NCBI RefSeq assembly: GCF_038025025.1 | Contig: NW_027117343.1 | Location: 372,001 to 436,000, forward strand | Direction: 5' to 3' | From: Phyllosticta citribraziliensis | Lineage: Eukaryota | DNA: 64,000 bases | In this document: positions 36,735 through 49,660 of the stretch, piece after piece | How the letters are laid out: every line of letters starts with the position of its first letter | Position numbering within the stretch: position 1 is the first letter of the stretch | Position numbers and translations under genes: made by a program | The notes under the pieces: model-generated | What the model was told of the DNA's origin: nothing | Database searches by the model: none | The model's input: the letters and a program-made list of their open reading frames with translations, nothing else

Positions 36735-37706
36735 CTTTTCGGAAGGCATTTTTGGTGTGAAGATGTGGAGGTAGTCTGGTGATGGTGGGTGGCAGTGACG
36801 AGGTCGGGTTTACAGGTTTGGAGCACAGAGGCCTTCAGTCTGTGGAGTACTGACGGAGAGCTTTCACGGTGCAGAGAACTAGTGACAGTAGTGTGATGTG
36901 AAGCAGAAAGACTCAGACCGTGCGCTTATGAGTAGTCCTCGCCGTGAAGTGAAGGCTGTAGTGACGTGGTCGGTTGTGGAGGAGAGAGGCTCAATTCGTG
37001 ACCTGGTAGGCAATTCCCGTCGCGAAGTGAACTCAAAGGTCTGACCACCGCCAGAATGTGTATTATTTGGCGTTTCTACTGCAGCGAAAACTCCGCGCCA
37101 ATTGTTTCGCAGTGAACGTCGAATAGGACAATCCTCCCAGGGTCTGGTTACAGTGGTCGAAATGCTCGTCAGGCGCATAAGTCATAGTGAATAAGTGAAT
37201 AAATGCTCCTCAATAGCAACCGTACTTGTGAAAAAAAAAAAAAAAAAAAAAAAATTTGCTGTTTGGCCGAAGCATTGACCGCTGCCATGGTCGCGTCTCG
37301 GGAGCGTTCGTTTGCTACTTGGACCTCGAAAGCGTCCGTCTGCCGCTGCAACCAGACCCAAAGCCTCGAGCCAAGAAACGAGGATTTGCTGAGCGTCCAC
37401 AAGGATATATGCACTGACAGGGAGGGGAGGACTGCGGCCGCTCGAGATATGCTTGAATACTGCCGAGCATATGATGTTCGAGTTCGAGGCAACGGCAGTT
37501 TGTGCTTCTGCCATGAAGTCCTTGTCAGCGGGTGAACCCCTTACCCGCGACATACTCCGTTGTGCGCACGGAACTTTGCCGACTGTCCTACGACCGCGGC
37601 CTTCGCAATAGCAATCGTTTGGTCAAAGGGGTAGCACTGCCTGCCACACCCAGCAAAAGCGCAACGTCACTGAACCAGGCTTCGCTGTTAACAGGAGGAC
37701 TCAACA

Positions 37707-38173
37707 TGACTCAAAGGGCAAGGGAGGGCACGGTACACATATGTAGCCAACTGACCTGCCTTTCTCCTACGATTCCCACCATCCCGTCGTCTCGAACCGA
37801 CTGCGACAAAAACAACCGCGACAACATCATCATCAACATTGCCGACTTCAACGAGATGCCCACGCCGCCCAACATCGCATCGCGCCCGAACCGCGAGCTC
37901 ACGCGATGCTTTATGATCCTCTTACACCTGGTACTCACCTTCGCCATGGTCAGCGTGCGAAATCGCCAGCAGCTCTACCCTGACGCGGCAGACCTGCTAC
38001 CCGATTTTCTTACCTTCTGCCACATCGCCATGACGGTGACGGGCTGGGTCGACAAGGCAATGGAGCCATGCACCAACGAGCAGATTGGCCGTGATGTAAA
38101 TCTAACGAAGGACCTGCTGTGGATGAATGTCTTTTTGTTTCCCTTTTTGCGTGAATTGTATCCAAACGTGTGA
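37707..38173 (+). CDS. Possible small hypothetical protein with hydrophobic segments
   Basis: Open frame with coding-like codon use in its 3' half (FMILLHLVLTFAMVSV...WMNVFLFPFLRELYPNV). No recognisable domain, and the start is uncertain. Confidence 0.35.
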
Positions 38174-38580
38174 GTGATTCGATGAATGACTGATTTTATT
38201 TGGGATGTTTAGGGTCCGACCGGCGGATTCTGGTTACAGGCGACTGCAAATGAATATTTTGCAGGAGCTTGGATTGTTTCGCGTGGGCCATGAAGTGGTG
38301 ATTCCACATTATATGGCGATTCGGTATGGTGTCTTTCGGTGAGAGTGTGGATTTGGCGTGTCGTGGAGCATGAAAGAAGGTCTTGAACAACGGGTGCATT
38401 TGCCGTCGAGTGGTACGGGGGTTCGTCGAGGGGTCGTGCTTTCTACGAGGCACGAAGAGAAACTGCAGTCAATAGGGCAGAAAACATTCCATCTTCTTTC
38501 GCCAGGAAATTGAGAAAATTGGTCAGGTTGGTACAAGCGCAGTGGGAAGCGATTTGGCAGCCTTGTTGACGTAGAGAATC

Positions 38581-38760
38581 GCGTTGGTTGATGGCACGCT
38601 CAAATCAAGCCGGGCGTCTGCTTCTTGCGCCAGTACCACAGTATGCAGCGTCTCTATGGTGTGTAAATAGAGGAAAACATGTGTCGGAATGGTCTATGCG
38701 ACTCCCCGGCAAGTCCCAGGTTCAAGTCCTGGCCGACCCACTGCTGCAGCCAAACTTTTT
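38581..38760 (+). ncRNA. tRNA-like / pseudo-tRNA Pol III element
   Basis: Canonical tRNA 3' half CCGGC-AAGTC-CCAGG-TTCAAGT-CCTGG-CCGACCC-A (38706-38740), B box GGTTCAAGTCC, A-box-like TGTCGGAATGG (38682-38692) and a T5 run at 38756-38760. The 5' half is non-canonical. Confidence 0.5.
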
Positions 38761-39464
38761 GGCCTTTCTCCTGCTCTTTTGGTTGCTTGGTAGCGAGGGG
38801 TGGTGTTGAGTGGTAGCGGGGATCCGTGCGAGCTTGGGGTTTGTGGTCGCGATGGAACATGTGCGAGATGCGCGTCATGACTGCGAGAATGTTGCGTCTG
38901 CTCGAGGTTCAACTCGACCAGATGGTCATTTGGCCCAGTAGACATATGGAAGAAAGCGACGGAAAAGAAAGACGGAAAGACAATGCATGCGTTGTGGCAT
39001 GGCGGAATCAAATGGTCGCGACAGGCGATGGATGACTGGCGGAAAGGCTGCGGCGTGATTTGGATGCGTTAGATGGCTGCTGGGTATTTGTCCGGTCAAA
39101 ATGCAGTAAACAACATGAAAAGCAGCCGGAAATGACGATAGAGAGACAATGTGCAGACGTTGTCGTCGCGATGTCGAGGCGACGAGGAAGTTTGGTGTTG
39201 CTCGGGACGGAGAAACAGTCGGGCCGCACCGAAAGCGGTAAGGCGGCGTCTCTTGTTCGTTGCAGGCGCGCGGCGGCGAGCAATTGCTGGGGTATTTGGA
39301 CCTTATGGCGCGCTGGTTTCTGAGGGCCTTTCCCGCGCAGAATCCGCCTGCGTTTTTCGAGGTCGTGCCCTTGGCCGCCCGCCCAATCCAGCTTAGCGTG
39401 ACGTGACTCCCGCCTGCTGCCACCGCAGCCAGCACTCAGGTCGCAACCTAATCATCGCCCTCCC

Positions 39465-39472
39465 TATTTAAA
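39465..39472 (+). promoter_or_regulatory. TATA-like box of histone H4 gene
   Basis: TATTTAAA about 130 bp upstream of the H4 ATG, followed by a pyrimidine-rich tract. Confidence 0.45.
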
Positions 39473-39601
39473 CCCTCCGTCCTCCTCCGCCTCTCCTCGC
39501 CCTTCCACCCGACCCTCTCCATCCGCCATCGAGTGACATCAACTCTATCCAATCCCAACGCTTATCTCATCTCAAAACCCAACCCACACTTTACAATCAA
39601 C

Positions 39602-40167
<566 letters not shown>

Positions 40168-40678
40168 ACGTCGCCACTCTCGTGGTCCTCCACCGACTGT
40201 TGCTCTCCTTTTCGACTTCGTCGCGCTTGTCAAGTACTTTTGCCGGCGGACCTGGGGGCGATGGGCGCGACTCTTGGCTTACAACGGATTTTACTTGTGT
40301 TAGGGATGGAACGGAGTTTTCGGGCTGAGGTCTTGTGTTTCTGAGCGATAACCATGGTTTCGCAGTGGTGAAGGACCAACATCGAAATGACATGCTACAC
40401 TTTCCTTGATGCGCCTCTTTCAGTCTTTCCCAAGTGATGTTGTGTGGACTAACTGGAGCTAGCAACCATTCCTTCTAACCCACGAGGTCCCAAGTCACCA
40501 TTCCACTTTTGAAAGAGGGGTACTGACGATGCATCAGGGTCTCGGCCGACCACGCGCAGCCGAAGCTACCAACCCCTCTTCAGTCTGGTTCTCTAGTCCC
40601 ATCGTCTGCTACTAATAGCTGCCCGAATCACTGGCCAACCGCCTTCCAAACGAAGTCAACGACAGCATCCCTTCAACA

Positions 40679-41919
40679 ATGGAGCCTCCCCCACCCAGCC
40701 AACGCATCCTCATCTTCGGCGCCACGGGCAAGATTGGGACATACATTACATCAGCCATAGCCAACGCCTCGCCACCCTTTGCCCGAGTCGCCATATACAC
40801 GTCTGCCAACACCGTCGCGGCCAAAGCAGCGCACATTGAAGCGCTCAAGGCGCGCGGTGTCGACGTCGTGGTCGGCGAGTTGGATGACGACGACAAGATC
40901 AAGGAGACGTACCAAGGTGTGGCTTCCTCCCTCCCTCGTCTTCCTCTGCCCTGCTTACCTACACGCTTCCGCCTGCTCACACCTGTGCAGACTTCGACAC
41001 CATCATCTCCTGCCTCGGCCGCGCCATCCTCTCGCACCAAACACGCCTCATCCGCCTCGCCGCCCTCGCCTCGTCCCCAATCCGCCGCTTCTTCCCCTCG
41101 GAATACGGCACCGACGTGCTGCACCCCGTCACGCCGGACCCGCACGCCGAGCCGCCGCACCGCTACAAGCTGGAGGCGCGCGCGCTGCTGGAGCGTCTGG
41201 CGTCTGGCGAGACCGAGGGCGATGCGGTGGTGGTGGGCAAGGGGGAGGGAGAGAAAGGGGAGAAGGTGGGCAAGAGCCTGAGCTACACGTACATCGTGAC
41301 GGGCCCGTATGCCGAGTTCTACGTCGCGCCGACGGGCCAGCGCGGCGTCGAGGGCGGCGCCATGGCGTGGGACCGCGCGGGCGGCTTTGACGTCGTGAAC
41401 CGCCGCGCTACGCTGTTGACCAGACACGCCGACGGAGGCGAAGGCGAAGGCGGAGGCAGAGCGGAAGGTCAAGGCACCGACCCCATCGCCCTCACCACCA
41501 TGCCCGACACGGCGCACTTCGTCGTCTGCGCCCTGCGCCACCCACAGCAAACGCACAACCGCGCGTTGCGCTGCCACTCGTTCAACACCACTCCCCGCGC
41601 TATCCTGTCGGCTTTTGAGGCGCAGACGAGCGGGCCAGGGACGTGGGCCGTCACGTACCTGCACCTCGACGAGCTGCACGAGCGCGAGCGCGCGGCGTAT
41701 GCGCGCGGCGATGCCGAGAAGGGCTTGTTCAGCGTGCGGCGCATTTGGACGATGGGGGGGAGTGTGTATGAGGGGTGGGAGGAGGGGAGGGGGTGGGATG
41801 ATGGTGAGGGTGAGGGGTGGGTGGATAGGGAGGGGTGGACGGCGGGGACGCTGGAGGAGGTTGTTAGGGGGGAGGTTGAGCGGCAGATGCGCGAGGAGCG
41901 GGAGGGTGAGGAGGTGTAG
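40679..41919 (+). CDS. NmrA-like / isoflavone reductase family NAD(P)-binding protein
   Basis: RILIFGATGKIGTYI Rossmann motif; after one intron, FDTIISCLG...IRRFFPSEYGTD, YTYIVTGPYAEF and IALTTMPDTAHFVV. Confidence 0.88.
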
Positions 41920-42242
41920 GTCTTCACTCAGAGGCTGCAGGTGGTTGGTTTTGTGAATGGAGAGGCGAGCGAGCTACGGTACTTAAGATAGGTACTCGAA
42001 TTGAGAGAGGGAGACCCGAGAAAGAAAAAACGTGGGTGGGTATTTTTGTCATTTTGGCCCATCCAGACCTGACGCCGTGACGTGAAAATGCTTCCTCCCT
42101 CCTGCCTGCCTACCAACTACTAGGGTATGATGACCGCGTCCATCTGTCTGCACTGCACGCATGCTTCTGTCCATCTCATCCATAAGGGCGCAACTCGAAG
42201 AAGCGAAGGAAACAGCAGAATCCAATCCGCACGATGATGGCG

Positions 42243-43507
42243 CTACTTGGTCCCCTTGCCACTCGACTTGGCCGCCTTGCCCGACCTGGCCCGGCTGCTC
42301 GCCGTCGCCGCCTCGTAGGGACGCGCCGCCCGCTTGGTTTTGCTCGGCGGAGGCGGCGCAGCATCCGGATCGGCGTCGTCTGCTTTGCGTTTGCGCGAGG
42401 AGCCGGACGGTCCAGCTGTCGCGGGACCACTCGCTGACGCAGCAGTAGCAGTCGGTTTGGCACTTTGGATTTTGGCGGGCGCGTTTTCAGATCCGCCTTG
42501 GGCAGACGATGGGGTAGGGGGAAGCTCTTGGGTTGCATTTTGCGCCGCGGCGTGGTCAGTCGTCTCGTTGGCGGACGCGTCTTGACCGTTCTTGGTGGTT
42601 GAAGCCTTTTGCTTCGATACCCACTCGGCAATCTCGTGGCCTTCTTCGTCGTCGTCGTCTGCCTGCTCAAACATGGCGTCGGCCATTTCGCCCGCAATGT
42701 CGTCGGCCTCTTCGCCTCCGTTGAGCATGCGCAGGGCGTAATTGATGAGGGTGCTCTGGTCGAGACCGGCGGGCGCCGCTCCAGCTGCTGAAAGGTTTTC
42801 TTGCAGCGCTCGCATCAGGGCCTGCGGGTCGAGGCCGTTACCAGCGACGAGACCCTCCAAGTCGTGTCCTAGACCTCCGCCAGCGCCTCCGCCGGCTTCC
42901 GTGCTGCGTGACGGTTTGGACTCATCTTCCGAGTCTGTGGCCCATTCCTCGTCGGCGGCGTCCGTTTTGGGAGCCGCGTCAGTGACAAATCGCGTTTGCC
43001 AGTCTCGCAACAACGCGAAAGATTCTTGGGGCTCTTCTAGTGGCAGGTTTAGACCCAGCACTTTCTCCATGCGCTGGCTGGCGGGAATCCATTTTACAGG
43101 AGGGGCGTCCAGTGACTTGACGGCGATACGGGCCGCGGCGTCTTGGGCAACCTTTCTTTTCTTTTGCGGCGAGCCACCCTGCGCCGTCTTCTTCCTCTTG
43201 TTTCCTATAGCGCTCGGCTGCCTAATCTTTGGCTTTCCTTGTATGTCGTTCCAGCCGTCCGAATTGTATTCAATGTCGATCCAGTACTCGTACGGGTCGG
43301 AGCCGGCGCCGTAGTCGTCAAGTTGGTCATCTAGGTATGGAGGGTCCGGGACAGCGCCTTCTGCCAAATCATCCTACCCAATGTCAGCATCGTCAGGGAA
43401 GGGTTTGGCGGAACCCTCACGGCAAGCTGGTCTTCTTCGGCAATGTAGAGCCACGCGTCGTCGTCGAAGAATTCCAAATCGTCCGAATCGTAGCCGTAAT
43501 CCGACAT
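42243..43507 (-). CDS. Hypothetical acidic protein (2 exons), divergent from mccA
   Basis: MSDYGYDSDDLEFFDDDAWLYIAEEDQLA|DDLAEGAVPDPP...YEYWIDIEYNSDGW...; 374-codon second exon with basic NLS-like clusters (KRKK, KKRK, RKRK). Confidence 0.75.
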
Positions 43508-44058
43508 GGTGGCGAGCTCTGCAAGCGGCGGCGGGTTGTGCGACTGGGCGGATGCTCTGGACGAATGGAACGCAGGAAGAGGCGCCTCAAATCAGGGCAT
43601 GGCGTGCAGACGAATGGGTACGACGAGGATGGAAATGTGACCAAAAGCAACGGTGCCTTTGTCGAGAGTGTCGTTGGACAAGCAGACAGCTGGAGGTGGA
43701 GGAGGTCAGATCAGGGATCCAGGTTTGCTCTGTAGGGATTGGTTGGGCGGCGAGGTGCGACGACGACGGGGAGCTTTGCATGGCCTGCGCTCATGGTGAC
43801 AACGACCTGACGCAGCAGCCTCGATGCTCCTTTCCCAGCATCCAAATTGACCGAGTGGGCAAAATCTCAGCTTGGCTACTGTCGACCGGACGGCGTCGAC
43901 GCGTGCGGTGCCTGACTCGGCCACGAACGCATCCCCCACGTCGGCTATCCTCGGCCCATGCCGCCCGCTTCCATATCCGGGGAAGCTCTGAACCCCATCT
44001 GAGCGTCCACCTCCAGCCCTTGATTCAACTCTCCCCATGGACTCGTTGGTGTTGCAAC

Positions 44059-46241
44059 ATGTACAATCTTCGAAATTATAGCCTTCGAGCTGCGGCTCTT
44101 GCTCGGATTCGTCCCCCAACAGCAGCCCGGCGATTTGAAACCCTGTCCAAGCCTTTGACGTCCATCCTCATTGCAAACAGAGGAGAAATAGCCATCCGCG
44201 TGGGCCGCACGGCCTCCAAGTATGGCATTCGGACTACCACCATTTACACGGACCCGGATGCACAATCTCAGCATGCTGCCAGTTCCCCTTGGGCCATAAA
44301 TCTCGGTCAACCAAGCGCCTACCTGGACGGAGACCGCATCATTCAAGTTGCCAAAGAACATGGCTGCCAGGGCGTCCACCCAGGCTATGGTTTCCTCTCT
44401 GAAAACCCCCATTTCGCCAAAAAGTGCACCCAAGCTGGACTGGTCTTTATTGGTCCTCCCTGGGAAGCAATCGACGCCATGGGCAGCAAGAGCAGAAGCA
44501 AGGAAATCATGACTGCCGCCGGTGTGCCTTGTATTCCTGGCTACCACGGCGGGAACCAGGACCCCGATTTTCTGCAAAAAGAGGCTGGAAAGATTGGGTA
44601 TCCTGTCTTGCTAAAGGCCGTCAAGGGGGGAGGTGGCAAGGGCATGCGCATCGTGCAAACGCCCGCCGAATTCATGGATCAGCTCAAATCAGCCAAGTCG
44701 GAGGCCACAAACTCTTTCGGCGACGATGTCATGCTTGTGGAAAAGTACATTACAAAGCCCCGACATATCGAAGTTCAAGTGTTTGCCGACAGGCATGGAA
44801 ACTGTGTTGCCTTGGGCGAGCGGGATTGCAGCATCCAGAGAAGACACCAAAAGATTCTGGAAGAGTCGCCCGCCCCCAACCTTGACGAGTCTGTTCGACA
44901 AGATCTCTGGGGAAAGGCGAGGGCAGCAGCCTTGGCCGTCAATTACGAGGGAGCGGGCACCGTGGAGTTCATCTTTGACAACGACACCAACGAGTTCTTC
45001 TTCATGGAAATGAATACGCGGCTCCAAGTCGAGCATCCCGTGTCCGAAATGGTCACTGGTCAAGATTTGGTGCAATGGCAGCTACATATAGCAGGTGGTG
45101 GAAAGCTTCCGATGACGCAAGACCAAATCCACGAGCAAATCAAGCTCCGCGGCCACGCCATCGAAGCCAGAATCTACGCAGAAAATCCCGACCTCAACTT
45201 TATCCCTGATTCGGGGAAGCTTGTCCACCTCAAGACTCCAGAGCCATCACCACAAGTCCGAATCGACGCGGGATTCGTCGAAGGCGACGAAGTGTCGTCA
45301 CACTACGACCCCATGATTGCGAAGCTCATCATCCACGGCCCCGACCGACTTGCCGCTCTCAATAAGATGCGCATGGCGCTCGAGGAATACGAAGTTGCCG
45401 GACCGGTGACCAATATCGAATTCATCAAGCGGCTTGCCGTCAGCCCTGCCTTTGTGGCTGGTGATGTCGAGACGGGCTATATTCAAAAACACCACGATGA
45501 ACTTTTTGAAAGACTGCCAACACCTCCCGAAGTGTACGCGCAGGCAGCAATTGCAGTGCTCATTCAGGAGGCAGAATCTCTAAAGGCACCGCACGCGATT
45601 GGCTTCCCTAGTACAACGCTCGGTTTCACACAAAGCTACTCTGCTCGCGAGGTCCACCTGCTCGAAAAGGACCCCTCGGCCGCAACGACTGTGCAGAATG
45701 CAGACAACACGACAACTGCCGTAACACTGCAGCAGAGGAGTCCGGATACTTTCAGCGCCACCATCGGCGATGTGTCGTTCTCGTCAATCAAAGCGCAATT
45801 CGACCCCGCGACCTCCATCCTCACATCCTACTACCCGCACACGCGGCTGACGACGCAATTCGTCCGGACCGGCTCGCTGCTCACCTTGTTCCAGCACGGC
45901 AAGCAATACCGGCTCGAGCTGCCCATGCCCAAGTGGGCCGAAAAGGCGCTCGGCGTTAAGGAGGCCAAGAACAGCGTCGTGGCGCCCATGCCGTGCAAGG
46001 TCCTCCGCGTAGAGGTGCAGGAGGGGGATAGAGTCGAGATGGGCCAGGCACTCGTCGTCATTGAGAGTATGAAAATGGAGACGGTCATCAAGAGTCCGGT
46101 GGAGGGTGTCGTCAAGAAGATTGTGCATGGGCAAGGGGCAAGTCGTGTTTCCCTCCCCGTTTGTTTGTTTTGCTGACACGGTGACAGGATCTTTGCAAAG
46201 CAGGCACTGCGCTTGTCGAGTTTGAAGAGGCGGCCGAGTAA
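44059..46241 (+). CDS. mccA: Methylcrotonoyl-CoA carboxylase biotin-containing alpha subunit
   Basis: ILIANRGEIA, HPGYGFLSEN, KAVKGGGGKGMRIV, ERDCSIQRRHQK, FMEMNTRLQVEHPV and biotinylation motif ESMKME. Mitochondrial-type presequence. Terminal GC-AG intron at 46138-46187. Confidence 0.93.
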
Positions 46242-46627
46242 GCTTGCATTTCTTGCGGTTGGCGGTTTGACGTTGAGGTCGCGGAGCGGCCGTGTCTTGG
46301 GTTTGTCTCTCGAGAAGTGCGCCAGTATTGTGAGTCTTTCTGATGCATTTACCATGCCAAACAAATCCGAAGCTGTATCTCCAAGTCGTTTCGACCGGCC
46401 GCCGAGTCTTTGCTGTCTCCTTCATTCACTGGTTTCGCAGAGAAACTATCAGAGCTCCCACACCGCGACGTAAGACAGTTCAGATATTGACTCGGACTCG
46501 GACACGCTCGCGGCCGCCATTGTAGCCACAAAGCCGTCGCCTCCTTCTGGTTATAATCAATGCCATTGTACTCTATCTTGACCGCATACACACACAAGTC
46601 CGCTTGATCTCCCATCTCACCATTGCA

Positions 46628-47091
46628 ATGTTTCCCCACAATTCCCGCGCTTCATGGAGGAGCGAGCCTCCCCTCCCTCCCACATTCCCCCGCCCCTGCC
46701 GCACTGAACCAATTTACGAAGCGCTGTACGCTTTCACACCAGAGACGAGCAATCAGCTCGGCTTGATTGAAAACGAGATTTTAGTCGTGCTAGCACACTG
46801 TCCGAACGGCGGTGGTACGTGTCTTCCTTCCCAACACCATCACAGCCAAGCTGCACTTCCGAAAACAAGAAGAGAACGAGAGCTGACAGCGCGTAATCGG
46901 CAGGCTGGTCACTGGCCAAACGCCGCTACGGCGACGAGCAAGGCTGGGTCCCGTCGGCGTTCCTGCAGGCTTACATTCCTACCTCAAGACAATCGAATTG
47001 CGGCACGTCGCGCACGGCGAGCAATCCGGTCGAGACGTCGAACACCGCCGCTTGTCCGCCACCAGGCCGGCCTGCGCAAAACGGAGGGTGA
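46628..47091 (+). CDS. Small stand-alone SH3-domain protein (2 exons)
   Basis: After removing intron 46815-46903 (GTACGT..CTGAC..CAG): YEALYAFTPETSNQLGLIENEILVVLAHCPNGG|GWSLAKRRYGDEQGWVPSAFLQAY, with the SH3 signatures ALY.F, GW and GW.PS..L. Confidence 0.8.
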
Positions 47092-47766
47092 CAAAATCTA
47101 CGCCATCCTCCCGAGTCGATTTGCATGCTGACCCGGCGATAGTTTCTTCACGAGAGGCTCGAGGTGGTTGTTGTGTTTACCCGTGCTGTGTGGGCTTTTA
47201 GTCTCTGCGCCAGCGAAAACGCTTTTCTACTTTCGCTTTACTGCTCTTGGCATTTTGTCGGTTGCTCTTGGCTATTTGACTGGTATGGCTGTCATACCTC
47301 ATTTCTACAGTCGAAATTAGATTGTTGCGTCATTCGTCACGACTTCCTGGCGGCTTGGTGTTGAGTATACCACCTCGTGACTTGTCCCTCCTTACCTGAT
47401 GCACGTCCAGCGCGTCCACGTCCGCTTGTAGCTTGTCCTTTTTGTCCTCCACTGGCAAGTGCCCAAGCTTTTGAGGACCCGGCCGCATACCCTACTCAGC
47501 TACCTGGGCAATAGCCTGGAGAACGGCTTTCGCGGGGACAGGAGGTGTTGCGGCAATTATCTGGCACTGATTCGAGCTCGCTATCGCTGCTCTGCTTGGC
47601 GACATATTTGGATGAGCAGATGGTAATGGAGCAAAACAAAGGTAGGCAATTGCGGAGGAGGAGGGAGTCTGGAGCAGTCACGTCGACGAGCTGTCCTCAG
47701 ACCAGTTCACTTGACTGCAGGTTCCAATCGGCTAGGTTGGTGACACGACATCCGACCATCCGACAG

Positions 47767-47823
47767 GCGGGGAGCGGGGAGCGGGGAGCGGAGAGCGGGG
47801 AGCGGAGAGCGGAGAGCGGAGAG
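47767..47823. repeat. Heptamer tandem repeat (GCGG[G/A]GA) x8
   Basis: gcggggagcggggagcggggagcggagagcggggagcggagagcggagagcggagag. Confidence 0.85.
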
Positions 47824-48612
47824 AATTCACCACCTCCTTTGTCCTTGAGAGCGACGATTTGCAGTGACGGGTCTCTTCCAAAGCCTCTTGATGCTGTGAC
47901 ACAGCGCGGAGGTCATCATTGAATCGTGGGAACACCCGCCAGCCACGTATCTTCCCACGCCGCCCTTTCCAGCTTGTCGTCCCGCTGCCCCCGTGTCCCG
48001 GTGGCGGCCGAGGGGAGTATGAGCCAGGCGAAGAGACGACACTGGGCGTTGGTCGAACCCAGAAAGGGACGCAAAGCGGCCACTGTTAAGACTCCCTCCA
48101 GACTACAATTTCTGTGGGCCGCACTGAGACTGCAGGTACTCTACGCGAACACCCTAGCGCGTCGCGTTTGCACTTGCGGGGCGGCCACCATACGACTGTG
48201 CTCAACACACACGACGCCCGCGGCACTTTCAAAAGCTTGCCGCCCATCCAGCCACAATATTTACCGGCATCAACGGCTCAGAATATGGCCATGTTTCTCA
48301 AGTAAGGTGCAAATTGTCACAGCGGAAGGGGAACGCCTCTTGATTGATGCTCACAGTGTAAAATGTCACTGAATCTGCGGTGCGTCATGTCGGGATTGCT
48401 CCTCTCCGTTTGTGCAAAGCCCGCGGGAATCGACCGGGAATCTCTACTTTGAGGCCAGACGGGCAGAAAGACCGTGATCGAGCGGTATTAAAGCTCTAGG
48501 GACTGCCTTGATTTCTCATCTCATCCCCATCATCCATTCCAGTCTTCTCATCTTCTTCAGTCTATTCTGACTGTTTGGCTAATCTCTGAATCATCCCAAA
48601 CCGTACATCAAA

Positions 48613-49660
48613 ATGTATTCTCCTGGATCCTGCCGCCCTCCTTCCCCTGCTCCTACTGCTTCTCCCCCTCTTCCTTCTTTTCCTCCTACAGCTCCCAAAT
48701 TCTACGAGCGTACTTTGACGCTCAGAGCTTCGTCTCTGTCGGGGCTCAAGTGGATGGAGAGTAAGGTGGCTGAAGTCTTTCCGGAGCACGGTAAGTCTGC
48801 TTCTCCTTTGCGGACGTCTCGAAAATACATTGCTAACCGTGTCGCCAAAAATCAACAGGAATTACCCAGGCCCTGTTCTCCGGAGACCAAGTCTGGGTTC
48901 CCCCAGAGGACAGGCACAAGTTTGACCCCCTGACGAGGGACCCTCCCCCGTCCGTGTCAGACGTTCTGTCCTCGGAGATATCAACCCCCTCATCTTCGAT
49001 CAAAGACGAAGAATGTTCGACTCCCGTAAGTATACCTGATGCTTCGATGAAAACCATCTAATTTCACCTGCAAACAGCGCCAGGGGACTTTTGCTACGAA
49101 TGCCGACTGCAGCGAAGTGAGCGAACTGTCTGAGACCGTGCGAGCTTTGAAGGCTGAGGTAAGTTTTTCATTCTATGATAGACCCAGCTAACGCGCCCTA
49201 GATTGAACGCTTGAAGATGACTTACGCTGTGCAAAGAATGACAGTTTTCCGCCTCGAAGATGAAGTAAGTTTTGCTTTGCATTTCACAGATTCCAGCTGA
49301 CGCGTCACCTAGAACAAAGTGTGGATTGCGGCTCTCAAGGCGGAAATGCACAAGACCAACAGTGAAGACTGTGATGACAGCTTAGAGTCCCAGAACAGGG
49401 GGCCCTCGAAGTCCCAAAAGGCAGCGATGCCCCCGGTTGCTGAGAAGGGCCAATGCTCGGCCGAAAAGAAAGGCGAGGACAGGCGGTGCAAGAATTGGCG
49501 AATGATGGGAAGGCTTACGTGCGCATCACACCGCCACCTTGAAGAATATGTTTGGGAGAAGCTGCAATTAAAGAGCGAGAAGACCTCCAAGAAGGTTTGG
49601 CTGGAAAAGGCTCTGTCAGTACTGCCAAAGCTGGACTCCCTCGCTCGACTTGAGATCTGA
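48613..49660 (+). CDS. Hypothetical coiled-coil protein (5 exons)
   Basis: Four GTAAGT-donor introns join in frame: MYSPG...EVFPEH|GITQALF...CSTP|RQGTF...RALKAE|IERLKM...RLEDE|NKVWIAALKAE...ARLEI*. Confidence 0.7.

Noticed and set aside
43381..44058. N-terminal 226-aa extension of the 931-aa ORF
   Set aside because: It overlaps the first exon of the divergent gene and is not protein-like. The ATG at 44059 gives a normal mitochondrial presequence.
48420..48445. GGGAATCGACC, resembling a reverse tRNA T-loop
   Set aside because: The flanks do not pair into a T-stem, and there is no cloverleaf.
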